Source: Isurus oxyrinchus (Eukaryota). From it: 64,000 nt of DNA. Within the stretch, counting starts at the first letter, position 1. Every line of letters starts with the position of its first letter. Positions 11,000-22,043 of the stretch are shown piece after piece. The translations under genes were made by a program, and so were the position numbers. The notes under the pieces were generated by a model. That model saw nothing but the letters and a program-made list of their open reading frames with translations, did no database searches and was not told where the DNA came from. The stretch spans positions 100,254,001-100,318,000 of the forward strand of contig JANJGN010000021.1 in NCBI GenBank assembly GCA_026770705.1. Direction: 5' to 3'.

Positions 11000-13900
11000 T
11001 TTCTGAAACAATATGAAACCTAGAGGTGGGCCTAATAGTGTTTGAAAGAAAGTTCAATTGCTTTGAGACTACAGAAAGACAAATGTCTTCAGAAGACATG
11101 GTCTTCATTCGGGATATTCCTGGATGTGCACTATGCAGTTCAGTCAACAATAGCTTTCGGCCTTTGGAGGAACAATCACTCGTGCTCCCCTCAATACGAT
11201 GCCATTCTGGCTGGTTATTTCATATCTCCTGTGAAAATTGTGCTTCATTTAATCAAATTCCTGCTCTTGTGACCAACCATGAAGAACTTGTTCTCGTACT
11301 TTGGATAGGACTGGGTCTCGACTTGTTCAATCTCTCTGATCTGTCTAGCACATGCAGGTGATAAATCTAAGAAGTTCAATAATAAAACGAGTTCATGAGA
11401 GACTGGTACACCCTCATTGTTTTCTTCCAAGGGCAAGGGACTAAGTGCATCAGTGTTAGCAATTTGACTACTACAAGGCTTATGGATGAAAATATACTCA
11501 TACGCTGCCAGGATCAATGCCCATCTTTGTATCCTTGCTAAGGTTACAGGGAGGTATAGCCTTGTCCTCACTGAACAATCCTAGCAATGGCTTGTGGTCC
11601 AAAACAATAGTAAAATGACAGCCGTGTAAGTACTGGTGAAATTTCTTAACACGAAAGATGATTGACAGGCTCTTTTTCTTTCTGTGAGTATCCCTTTTCT
11701 GTTGTGTTGAGTGTTCTTGATACATATCCTATCGGTCGTTCCAAGCCATCATCCATTCGATGGGAGAGCACTGCTCCCACTCCATAGGGAGATGTGTCAC
11801 ATGTCAACACCAATTCATTCCTCTGGTCAAAATGTACTAATAGGGCCGATGAGTGCAACAATTGTTTCACCTTTGTGAAAGCTTCTTTCTGTGCCAAGAC
11901 CAACATTGGTTTTTCTTGAGTAGGTAATACAGTGGCACCAGTTCTGTCGACAATTAGGCAAGAAACGTCCATAGTAATTCATCAACCCCAAGAATAATTT
12001 GGGCTCAGAGGTGTTCTTTGACACAGATGCCGCTCTTATGGCTCTCACTTTTTCCTCAACTGGGTGGAGGCCCTGTGAATCTACCGTAACCTAAATAGAT
12101 TTCCTCCTTTGGTTGGAACGTGCACATTTCTTTTTTTAAACACATCCAGCCTGCAAAATTTTAAAACTTCTTCCAAGTTTGCCAAATGCTCCTTTTCAGT
12201 GAGTCCTGTCACCAGAACATCATCTAAATAAACCCCAACATGGCGCAGTCCCTGCAGTAAACTTTCCGTTGTTCTCTGGAGTATGGCACAAGCTGAAGAG
12301 ACACCAAAAGGCAAATGGGTGTATTGGTACAACCCTTTGCGTGTATTAATTGTGATAAATTCCCTTCTCTAACTCTAATTGTTGATAAGCATGTCTCACA
12401 TCAAGCTTCGTGTGGGCAGTTCCACCTGCCAGCTTAGCATACAGGCCTTCAGTTTTTGATGCAGGGTGTCTGACCGACTTAGCTACCTTATTACCTGTCA
12501 ATTTATAGCCTCCACAAATTTGAACACTTTGGTCAGGTTTAAGGATGGGGACAATTGGTGCTGCCCATCCTGAGAACTGCACAAGTTGTATAACTTCCAG
12601 TTTCTCTAATTTGTCCACTTTGGTGTTGACCTTTTCCTGCAGTGCATAAGGTACTGGTCATGCCTTCATGAATTGGTGGGGGTGGGGGGGGGGGCGGCTC
12701 TGGGTCTACATAAATTTTTCCTTGCAGGCCCTGGATCTTCCCAGTTTCATCCTTGAAGACTGAGGGGTATTTTTGTAGTAGCTCTGGTAGCTCACTTGCT
12801 CTCAGCTGGAAGATTTCAGCCCATTCCCATTTAAATTCCTTCAGCCAGTTTCGTCCAAGGAGGCTTGGCCTTTTGTCTACTACCACCATCAAGGGTAGTT
12901 TTACCGACTGATTACCACAATGAACAATAATTCTGCTTATACCTTTGACTGGGATGTCTTCTCCCATGTAAGTTTTCAATTTGGCATCTGTTTTTCCAAA
13001 TTTAGTTTACATTCCCCGCAATTCAGATATTTGAGGATACGTTCGTCAATTACCATAGTGGAAGCTCCTGTGTCCACTTCCACTCTAATTGGTCTACCAT
13101 TCATCCTCACTGTTACATATATTGGTCGTATTCTTCCCATCATCAAATTATGCAATGAATAAATATTTGAATCCATTACTTCAGGCTCTTCGATGTTGTG
13201 GATCTCACAGGGCTTTCTCTTTTGTTTGAAGGTCTGACTGGTTCTATCCTTGCAATGTTTCATGAGGTGTCCATTTCAAACACAGTAAAAACATTTGATT
13301 TTTTTTAAACTGCGCTTCATTACAAGGTTGTCTGCTTCCACCTCTGTTACCATTATTCCATGTTTCCGCTGCTAAGTAACTTCTTTTTATTTGTCTGTTA
13401 GCAGTGGCAGTTTCCTGTTTCTCAGCAGAGCCTTGCATGTTCATGTCCTTTATGGCTGGGACTTCCCACCCAATGTGGGGGATGGTGCCATTTTATGCTT
13501 CCTGGCTTTCAAGTCCCTTACTGCACTTTCCATGGTCAGTCCTATCTCAAGCACCTTCTTAAAATCCAAATTTGTTTTGGACAGTAATCTCTCCTGAATT
13601 GTGTCTTCATTTATACCACACACCAAACAATCTCTAAGCATATCATTTATAGATGTACTAAACTCGCAATGTTCTGTTAACTGTTTCAGACTTGCCACAT
13701 AACAAGCAACTGTCTCTCCCAGGTCTCTATTTCTTGAGTTAAATTTGAACCGTTGCATCGTTACTGAGGGCTTGGGCTGGTAATGACTCTTTACGAGGTT
13801 CCCTAAGTCATCAAAACTTTTTGAATCTGGGGCACTGGGTGCCATCAAACTTCAAATCAATCGATAGGTCTTACTCCGACAAGTGGAGAGGAGGATCGCT

Positions 13901-14456
13901 TGCCTCTTCTCCTTCCCCGCAATGTTGTTCACTTGGAAAAAAGAATGGCGAGGCATTCAATACAATGAGACCAATCATCTGTAGTTGGATTGAAAGGTTC
14001 AATTTGTCCAAATTGCAGTATTCTGTGAGGGGATTACTTCAACGATTAGGACGGAACTCCTACTTACAATTACCATGTGAGGTACAGCCCAATTTTGTTT
14101 TTCTTGATTTCTTTCATTTTTTTTCTTGGCTTTCCCTCATCTCCAGTTTGGTGGATCCTAGTCACTAGTTTGTTTGCACTTATGGATCCGGGTTGCACAC
14201 TTGTTTCAGAATGGCCGAGTCGGTACAGTCGACAGAGTTGATCAGCAGACAGTTCTTAGGTAGAGCACATTCTGTTTCTTTACAAAGGAATGCAGCAACT
14301 ATACTTGTATGCTTTCAACACAAACCCTGTCTCTACATTACAGACTCTAACTCAAGACTACTGACTACTGAAGTACCCCGCACTACTCTGCTATTGGATA
14401 CTAAGATTGTGTGATCTTCCACAATAACATTCCTCTTAAAGCTACATTACACATCA
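11000..14456 (-). mobile_element. Ty3/Gypsy LTR retrotransposon, degenerate and 3'-truncated (5' LTR, PBS, gag, PR, RT, RH, start of IN)
   Basis: gag (MQRFKFNSRNR..LTEHCEF), protease VDTGAS, RT YLDD, RNase H CDTSPYGVGAVL and DHKPLLGLF; PBS-like TGGAGATGAGG at 14135-14145; LTR ~14148-14456 starting TG. Confidence 0.9.
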
Positions 14457-14459
14457 GAT

Positions 14460-15305
14460 TAACACAGACAGACTAAGTGAATGGGTAAGAATGTGGAAGA
14501 TGGTATATAAAGTGAAATTATCTGCTTTGGTAGAAAAAACAGAAAGCCAAGAGCATTTCCTAAATGGTGAGAGATTGGGAAGAGTTGACATCCAAAGGGA
14601 CCTGGGTGTCCTTGTTCATGAGCCACTAAAAGCGAGCATGTAGGTGCAGCAAGCAATTAGGAAGGCAAATGGTATGTTGGCCTGCGTTGCAAGGGGGTTT
14701 GAGTACAGGGGTAAAGATGTCTTGCTGCAAATATATAGAGCCTTGCATGGACTGCACCTGGAGTATTATGTACAGTTTTGGTCTCCTTATCTCAGGAACA
14801 ATACTCTTGCCATAGAGGGAATGCAACAAATGTTCATCAGACTAATCCCTAGGATGGCAAGATTGTCTAATGAGGAGAGATTGAAGAAACTAGGCCTGTA
14901 TTCTCTAGAGTTTTGAAGAATGAGAGGTGATCTCATTGAAACTTACAAAATTCTTACAGGGGGTGACAGGGTGGATGTGGATAGGATGTTTCCTCTGGCT
15001 GGTGAGTCTAGAACCAGGGGACACAGTCTCAGAATAAGGAGCAGGCTGTTTAAGACCAAGATGAGGAGGAATTTTTTCACTCAGAGGGTGGTAAATCTTT
15101 GGAATTCTCTACCCCGGAGGGCTGTGGAAGTTCAATCATTCAGCATGTTCAAAATAAAAATCATTAGATTTCTGGATACTAATGACATCAAAGGGTGTGG
15201 GGATAGTGGGGAAAATTGGTGTAGAGATAGATCATCAGCCATGATCTGTTTGAATGGTGGGTCAAGCTCCACCAGCTGAATCACCTACTCCTGCACCTAT
15301 GTTCC
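14460..15305 (+). mobile_element. CR1 3' portion
   Basis: LEYYVQFWSP, MRGDLIETYKIL, FFTQRVVNLWNSLP. Confidence 0.85.
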
Positions 15306-15699
15306 TCTGCATGGGGCTCAGCAGGGGCCTGGTCTCCAGCAGCCCTCTGATTGTAACTACTTCCGCCAGCTGTGGACCCGTGTCAGTGATGTGCTCACCA
15401 GATTGTGATCCTGAGCCTTCTCTAGAACTTGGACCAGTGAGGTGACCGGTGGGAGTTGCAGGTGAATGCCGTGATGCTACATCTTCTGAAGTTTCTGAGG
15501 CATCCTCCGCAGAGGTGGGTTTGGGGTCCAGGTTGCTATCCTCCTCCGTTCCCTGCTGGTACCTGGAATGGAGAAAAGAAAGATTTAGTGGTGGACTACA
15601 CAGGCTCCTTAATGAAATATCTCTCTCACTCAGTGGATGCAGCTGATAAGTGCAAACCGGAGGGATCCACACTGGCTTCAGGGTGGAAGACTTGGACTG

Positions 15700-17465
15700 A
15701 CATAATCATGGGGAATAGTGAAATATCAGGTGAAATTTACATAACGAGAGAGGAAGTATTAAGGGTTTTAACATCTTTGAAAGTGAATAAATCCATAGGC
15801 CCAGATGAAGTGCACCCAAGGTTAGGGGAAGCAAAAGAAAAAATAATGGAGGCTCTGACCATCATTTTCCAAACCTTACTGGCTACAGATGTGGTGCCTG
15901 AGGATACTAATGTTGTGCCATTGTTTAAAAAGGATAAAGAGCCTGCACTAGTACAGCACATCAAGCCTACCCTCATTGGTGGGAAAATTATTGGAAAAGG
16001 TTTAGATGGACAGCTTAAATCTTAATTTAAAATGATCTGGATTAATCAAAAACAGCCAGCATGGATTGTTAAAGGAAGGTTTTGTTTGACTGCCATGATG
16101 GGATGTTTTGAGGAGGTAACAAGGAAGCTTGATGAGGGTAGTGCACTTGACGTAGGCTACATAGATTGTAACAAGGTTTTTGAGCAGGTCCCACATGGCA
16201 TACTGGTCACAAAAGCAAAAGCCCGTGTGATCTGAGGCAAAGTGGCAAGTTGGATCCAAAATTGGCTCTGAGGATGCAAACAACATGAACAAGTAACAGA
16301 TTGCCCTTTGGGGGATGGGGTGGGGAGAAGGCGGTGGTGGTGGGGAAAAAATGATAGAAAATGGGATAGAAGGGGGGATAAAAAAGGGAATAAAACCACG
16401 GATAAATGAATAAAAATAAAAATAAGGGGATAAAAAATAAAAATGAATATAGGAAAAAGGGGATTAAAAAGTAGATGAGGACAGAGTTCTTGGTCTGAAG
16501 TTGTTGAACTCAATATTAAGTCCGGAAGGCTGTAAAGTGCCGAATCGGAAGATGAGGTCCTGTTCCTCCAGTTTGCATTGGGCTTCATTGGAACATTGCA
16601 GCAGGCCAAGGATGGACAGGTGGGCATGCGAGCAGGGTGGTGTGTTGAAATGGCAAGCGACAGGGAGGTCTGGGTCATGCTTGCAGACAGACCGGAGGTT
16701 GTCCGCAAAGCTGTCACCCAGTTTGCATTTGGTCTACCCAATGTCGAGGAGACCACATTTCATATCAGGACATCTTTATCAATCTCCCCTCTGCCCCCAG
16801 CTATCGCTGACCTTCTATCCAGCTTCACCTGCTCCACCCCCCCCTTAAACAATATAAATTTCATCACATTTCTACTTCTCTTCAGCTCTGAAGAAGGGCC
16901 ATATGGACTCGAAATGTTAACTCTGTTTCTCTCTCCACAGATGCTGCCAGACCGGCTGAGTTTTTCCAGCATTTCCTGTTTCTGTTTCAGATTTCCAGCA
17001 TCTGCAGTATTTTGATTTTATGTTTGAGGTTATGCCTGAACTGTATAACACCCTGGTTAGGCTAGAGGTCAAGTACTGCTTGCAGTTCTGGTCACCACAC
17101 TACGGAAAAGGTATGATTGCGTTAGAGGTCACACAGAGGAGATTTATGGGGATATAGCCTGGACTGGAGGATTTTTGTACTGAGGAAAGATTAGAAAGGT
17201 TATGGTTGTTTTCTTTGGAAAAGAGGAGGTTTAGAGGTTGGGGGTGGGGTGGTGGCACCTAATTGTAGTGAGTAAAATTATGAGTGATCTAGACAAAATG
17301 GATAGGCAGGCACTATTCCCCTTGGTTGAAGGGTCCATAACTAGGGGACCTTAGATTTAGGATAAGGGGTAGGAGGTTTAAATGGGATTCAAGGGGAAAC
17401 CTTTCCACTCAGAGGGCAGTGAGAAACTCACTGCCTGAAAGAGTGGTAGAGGCAGAAACCTTCAT
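15700..17465 (+). mobile_element. CR1 fragment interrupted by a Penelope-like insertion
   Basis: KSIGPDEVHPR, NVVPLFKK and DCNKVFEQVPH motifs; CR1 resumes at ~17020. Confidence 0.75.
16295..17020. mobile_element. Penelope-like element fragment: inverted GIY-YIG C-terminus plus terminal repeat
   Basis: Minus strand reads LPVACHFN...KLEEQDLIFRFGTLQPSGLNIEFNN; plus-strand repeat has a CTGAAGA...GAAA hammerhead-like core at 16884-16922. Confidence 0.75.
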
Positions 17466-18179
17466 TAACAAGAGCTAACCGACTTAATGTATAACGCTTT
17501 AATTTCATTGTATGTGACTTTACACTCCCAGGTCTCTTTAAATGCTCGTTAGAGTGCTCGCTCGCTATGATATGCTAATAGTTCATATGAATTTTATGAT
17601 GAATTACATTATTAACCCTGATTGCGATCTGTCCTGGTGTGAGCAACTGAGAAATGAGTTGATGACCTGTGATTTGGGCCTTCATTGACCTCAGGTTTTC
17701 TTGACCCCTGGAGATTTGGTTGAGAAGTAAAAGTTTTGGAAGGAATTGCAGCCCAGTGTGAAAAGCAGGAGGCCTTCTGTGTGAGAATGTAAAAGGTGAA
17801 CACCTTACCGGAGCCATAGAGGCTCAGAGGGCAGAGAAAACAGCAGAGCCTTGAGAAAACTGGCTGACATAGTTTCCCAGCTTTAGACAAGCTTGCCATT
17901 GAACTCTTTACAAGTTGATGGGAGCATGAACATGGGAAACAGTTGTAGCCAGAGTCCCGAGGCTGTGATATGACCGTGCAGGCAGATGGATTCATGGTAA
18001 CTCTTGTTCAGTGGTGGATTTAGAGTTAGTGGGGCCATGAGTGCAGCTTCATTTTCACTTTGCCCCTGCCCCACCTCCCAATTGGGACCCAGCCAAGGAA
18101 AAGAACGTTGTCTCTTATCTCCCCGCTGCACCCCCCGCCCCCCTAATTTTCATTCTCGTGTGTGCAAACGGTATGTTTT

Positions 18180-19575
18180 TTTTTCATTCACTCATGGGAT
18201 GTGGGCTTCACTGGCTGGGCCAGCATTTATTGCCCATTCCTAGTTGCCCTTGAGAAGGTGGTGGTGAGCTGCCTTATTGAACTGCTGCAGTCCATGTGAT
18301 GTAGGTACATCCACAGTGCTGTTAGGGAGGGAGTTCCAGGATTTTGACCCAGCAACAGTGAAGGAACGGTGATATATTTCCAAGTCACGATGGGAGTGAC
18401 TTGGAGGGGAACTTCTAGGTGGTGGTGTTCCCATCTATCTGCTGCCCTTGTCCTTCTAGATGTTAGTGGTTGTGGGTTTGGAAGGAGCCTTGGTGAATTC
18501 CTGTACAAGGACAGAAAAATGGATCGCTGGCTTTTCAATAGTCAAACCTTTTGATTTTCCCATTGAATTTATTGGAACATTTTCAAACTGAATTTTACAG
18601 TTTAATACAGATACTGATGTCTCTTTACAAAGCAACTGAAATTGGTTTGATTTATCTTCATTCAAATGTACTGGCATCTGCAGCAATGGTGAGATTAGCA
18701 AGGAACATGGCATATTGGCTTTGCTTTTAATAGCATTTGCATAATGTCTCTGGGGGCCAATAGAAAGAATATCATCTCATATTCTCCTGCATCAACAAAT
18801 ACATTCAGAACTGCACGAGTTCATTACAGAAGCAATCTATCCAACCGGAAAGATAGTCACTAATCATGCAACCAAACCACAAGCGACAAGTAGTTAACTT
18901 TCTTGGGAGAGGATATTGTTTACAACACCTGGGGGTTACCATTGACCAGAAATGGAACTGGACTAGCTATATAAATACTGTGGCTACAAGAGCAGGTCAG
19001 AGCTAGAAGTCCTGCAGAGAGTAACTCACCTCCTGACTTCCCAAAGCCTGTCCACCATCTACAAGACACAAGTCAGGAGTGTGATGTAATACTCCCCACT
19101 TGCCTGGATGAGTGCAGCTCCAAAAACACTCAAGAAGCTTGACATCATCCAAGACAAAGCAACTCAATTTTTTGGCACCCCATCCACAAACATTCACTCC
19201 CTCCACCACTGACGCACAGTGGCAGCAGTGTGTACCATCTACAAGATGCACTGCAGGAACTCACCAAGGCTCCTTAGGAAGCACCTTCCAAACCCACGAC
19301 CGCTACCATCTAGAAGGACAAGAGCAGCAGATACATGGGAACACCACCACCTGGAAGTTCCCCTCCAAGCCCCCCGCCACCTTGACTTGGAAATATATCT
19401 TCGTTCCTTCACTGTCACTGGGTTAAAATCCTGGAACTCCCTCACTTACAGCGCTGTGGGTGTGCCTGCATCACATGGACTGCAGCAGTTCAAGGAGGCA
19501 GCTCACCACCACCTTCTCAAAAACAATTAGGAATGGGCAATAAATGCTGGCCTAGCCACATCCCAAACATGAATT
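18180..19575. mobile_element. Two oppositely oriented 3' fragments of a second non-LTR family ('family B'; 18180-18500 minus, 18925-19575 plus)
   Basis: Shared KSWNSLP..GLQQFK.AAHHHLLK C-terminus and GGGCAATAAATGCTGGCC tail. Confidence 0.75.
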
Positions 19576-19689
19576 AAAGTAATGTTTTTATAAAAAGAAA
19601 ACGAGCTCCAAAATAATGTGCCGATGTGCTGGTAAATGGCGCTTTTACTGGACGGTGAATTGAGTCATATATATTCATTGCATCTGATG

Positions 19690-20476
19690 TAGAATCACAG
19701 AATTTTAATGGCACAGATGGAGGCCATTCAGCCCATCATGCCTTCACCGGCTCTCCAAATGACCATTATGACCTAGTGCCATTGCCCTGCCTTTTCCCCA
19801 TAACCCTGCACATTGTTTCTATTCAAATAATCATCTAATGGCCTCTTGAATGCCACGACTGAACCTGCCTCCACCACACTTCCAGGCAGTGCGTTCCAGA
19901 CCCGAACGACTCGCTGTATGAAAAAGATTTTTCTCACGTCACATTTTCTTCATTTGAAAATCACTTCAAATTTGTGCCCTCTCGTTCTTGATCCTTTTAC
20001 AAAAGGAAACAGCTTCTTCCTATCTATTCTGTCCAGCTCACTCATGATTTTGAACATCTCTATCAATTCTCCTTTTAGCCTTCTTCCAAGGAGAACAGTC
20101 CCAACCTCTCCAATCTATCTTCGCAACTGAAGTTTCTCATCCCTGGAACCATTCTTGTAATTCTCTTCTGCACTCTCTCCAGTGTGTTCACATCCTTCCT
20201 ATAATGTGGCACCCAGAACTGTACATAATACTCCAGCTGACGTCTAGTAAGTAACTTATATAAATACAACATAACCTCCCTGCTCTTGTACTCTATGCCC
20301 CTATTAATAAAGGCCAGGATAATATATGCTTTATTAACTGCTCCCTCCCCCTGTCCTGCCACCTTCAATGATCTATACACATATACACCCAGGTCTTTCT
20401 GCTCCTGCACCCCCTTCAAAATTTCATCTCTTATTTTATATTGTCTGTCCATGCTCTTCCTACCAAAGTGCATCAC
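19690..20476 (-). mobile_element. CR1 3' portion
   Basis: QKDLGVYV, LEYYVQFWVPHYRKD. Confidence 0.85.
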
Positions 20477-20532
20477 CTCCTGTGATCCTGATCTGAAGCT
20501 AGGTCCTCTCTAACAGTGAGAAACAATCTTAC

Positions 20533-20783
20533 CTTCTCCTCCTCCAGCCCGCTGTGTTCCACCCGACAGGAATACTCAGCCTGATCCTCCGGATCAAACT
20601 CCATCCATTTCCGGATCCGGTAGGTCCTGTTGTGATTGGGTAAGATCCCAGTGGACAGGGTCTCATCGATCAACACTCTGTCTCTCCACAGAGTCACCTC
20701 GATGGCTTGAGGGTAAAACCCGGTGACGACACAGGACAGACGGTTAGAATCACCCAGACGGGTAAAGAACACGACGGGGGCAA
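20533..20783 (-). pseudogene. MHC class I alpha3 (Ig C1) exon, UAA-like, G strand missing
   Basis: Acceptor tttctttatctctcag|, phase 1; (V)APVVFFTRLGDSNRLSCVVTGFYPQAIEV...TGILPNHNRTY...YSCRVEHSGLEEEK|GTAAGA; both Cys present; donor is phase 0 instead of the usual phase 1. Confidence 0.9.
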
Positions 20784-20869
20784 CTGAGAGATAAAGAAAG
20801 AGGAGTCAGTACAGGAACCTCGAGATAGAGACTCCCAGGCAGCAACCCATTCACCGACTCCCAGTCAAC

Positions 20870-21770
20870 CCGGCACTCACCGACCCTCACACCCCCTCAC
20901 TCACCGACCCTCACACCCCCTCACTCACCGAGCCTCACACCCCCCTCACTCAACGACCCTCACACCCCCTCACTCACCGACCCTCACACCCCCTCACTCA
21001 CCGACCCTCACACCCCCTCACGACCCTCACACCCCCTCACTCACCGAATTTGAATCCCTCCCTCACTCACCGACCCTCAGTCCCCTTCACTCACCAACTC
21101 TCAGTCACTCACAGACTCTCAATCCCCCCTCACTCACCAACTCTCAGTATCCCCCTCACTCACTGACTTTCAGTCCCCCTCCCCATTCACCGACTCTCAG
21201 TCCCTCCTCACTCACCGATTCTCAGTTTACCCCCCTCACTCACCAACTCAGTCCCCCTTCACTCACCAACTCTTAGTCCCCCCTCACTCACCGAATCTCA
21301 ATCACTTTCTCACTCACTGACTCCTGTCCCCCCCCCCCCTCACTCACCGACTCTCAGTTCCCCCATTCACTCACTGACTCTCAGTACCCTCTCATTCACC
21401 GACCCTCAGCATCCCCTTCAGTCACCGATTCTCAGTCCCCTCTTCATTCACCAACTCTCAGTCCCTCCTCACTCACCGACTCAGTCCCCCCTCACTCACC
21501 AACTCTCAGTCCCCCCTCACTCACCGAATCTCAGTCACTTTCTCACTCACTGACTCTCATACCCCCCTCACTCACCCACTTTCAGTCCTCCCCTCACTCA
21601 CCGACTCTCAGTTCTCCCCCCTCACACACCAACTCTCAGCCCCCCTTAACTCACAGACTCTTAGTCCCCCCCTCATTCAGCAACTTTCAGACCCCCCCCA
21701 CTCACCGACTCTAAGTACCCCTGTCACTCACTGACTCTCAGTCCCCCCTCACTCACCGACTCTCAGTTCT
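20870..21770. repeat. ~24-26 bp minisatellite (~35 copies) filling the class I alpha2-alpha3 intron
   Basis: Unit CTCACTCACCGACTCTCAGTCCCC; on the minus strand it equals the exon end plus donor ACTGAGAGTCG|GTGAGTGAG. Confidence 0.95.
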
Positions 21771-22043
21771 CGCTGTCCGTAATCCAGGTATTTCCTCAGC
21801 CACTCGATACACTCCTGCTCTAGGTAATTCTCCCACTGCAGGCTGTTGACTGTGTCTCAGTCCCAGTTGTTTTCGATGCTGTGTGTCCATGGGACAGATG
21901 TTACCCACACCAGGTGATCCCTGTTGAGGCTGAAGAAATCCCTTGAATCCCATCCATATCAGACAAACCCACTCGTGCTCCCGTTATCCCTCAGCTCACA
22001 GCAGGTCAACATCTGGGAGTCCTGGCCCATCATCCTGCAGCTC
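21757..22043 (-). pseudogene. MHC class I alpha2 exon (main part) with two premature stops
   Basis: QMLTCCELRDNGSTSGFV*YGWDSRDFFSLNRDHLVWVTSVPWTHSIENNWD*DTVNSLQWENYLEQECIEWLRKYLDYGQRELRV G|GTGAGT; TGA at 21959-21961 and 21857-21859; phase-1 donor joins alpha3 in frame. Confidence 0.92.

Noticed and set aside
15310-15690. Ser/Thr/Glu-rich ORF 15262..15672 as a host gene
   Set aside because: Wedged between CR1 pieces with no recognisable domain; more likely a fragment of an unclassified repeat
17470-20470. Class I TM and cytoplasmic exons
   Set aside because: No hydrophobic phase-1 exon found on the minus strand downstream of alpha3; the region is mostly LINE fragments
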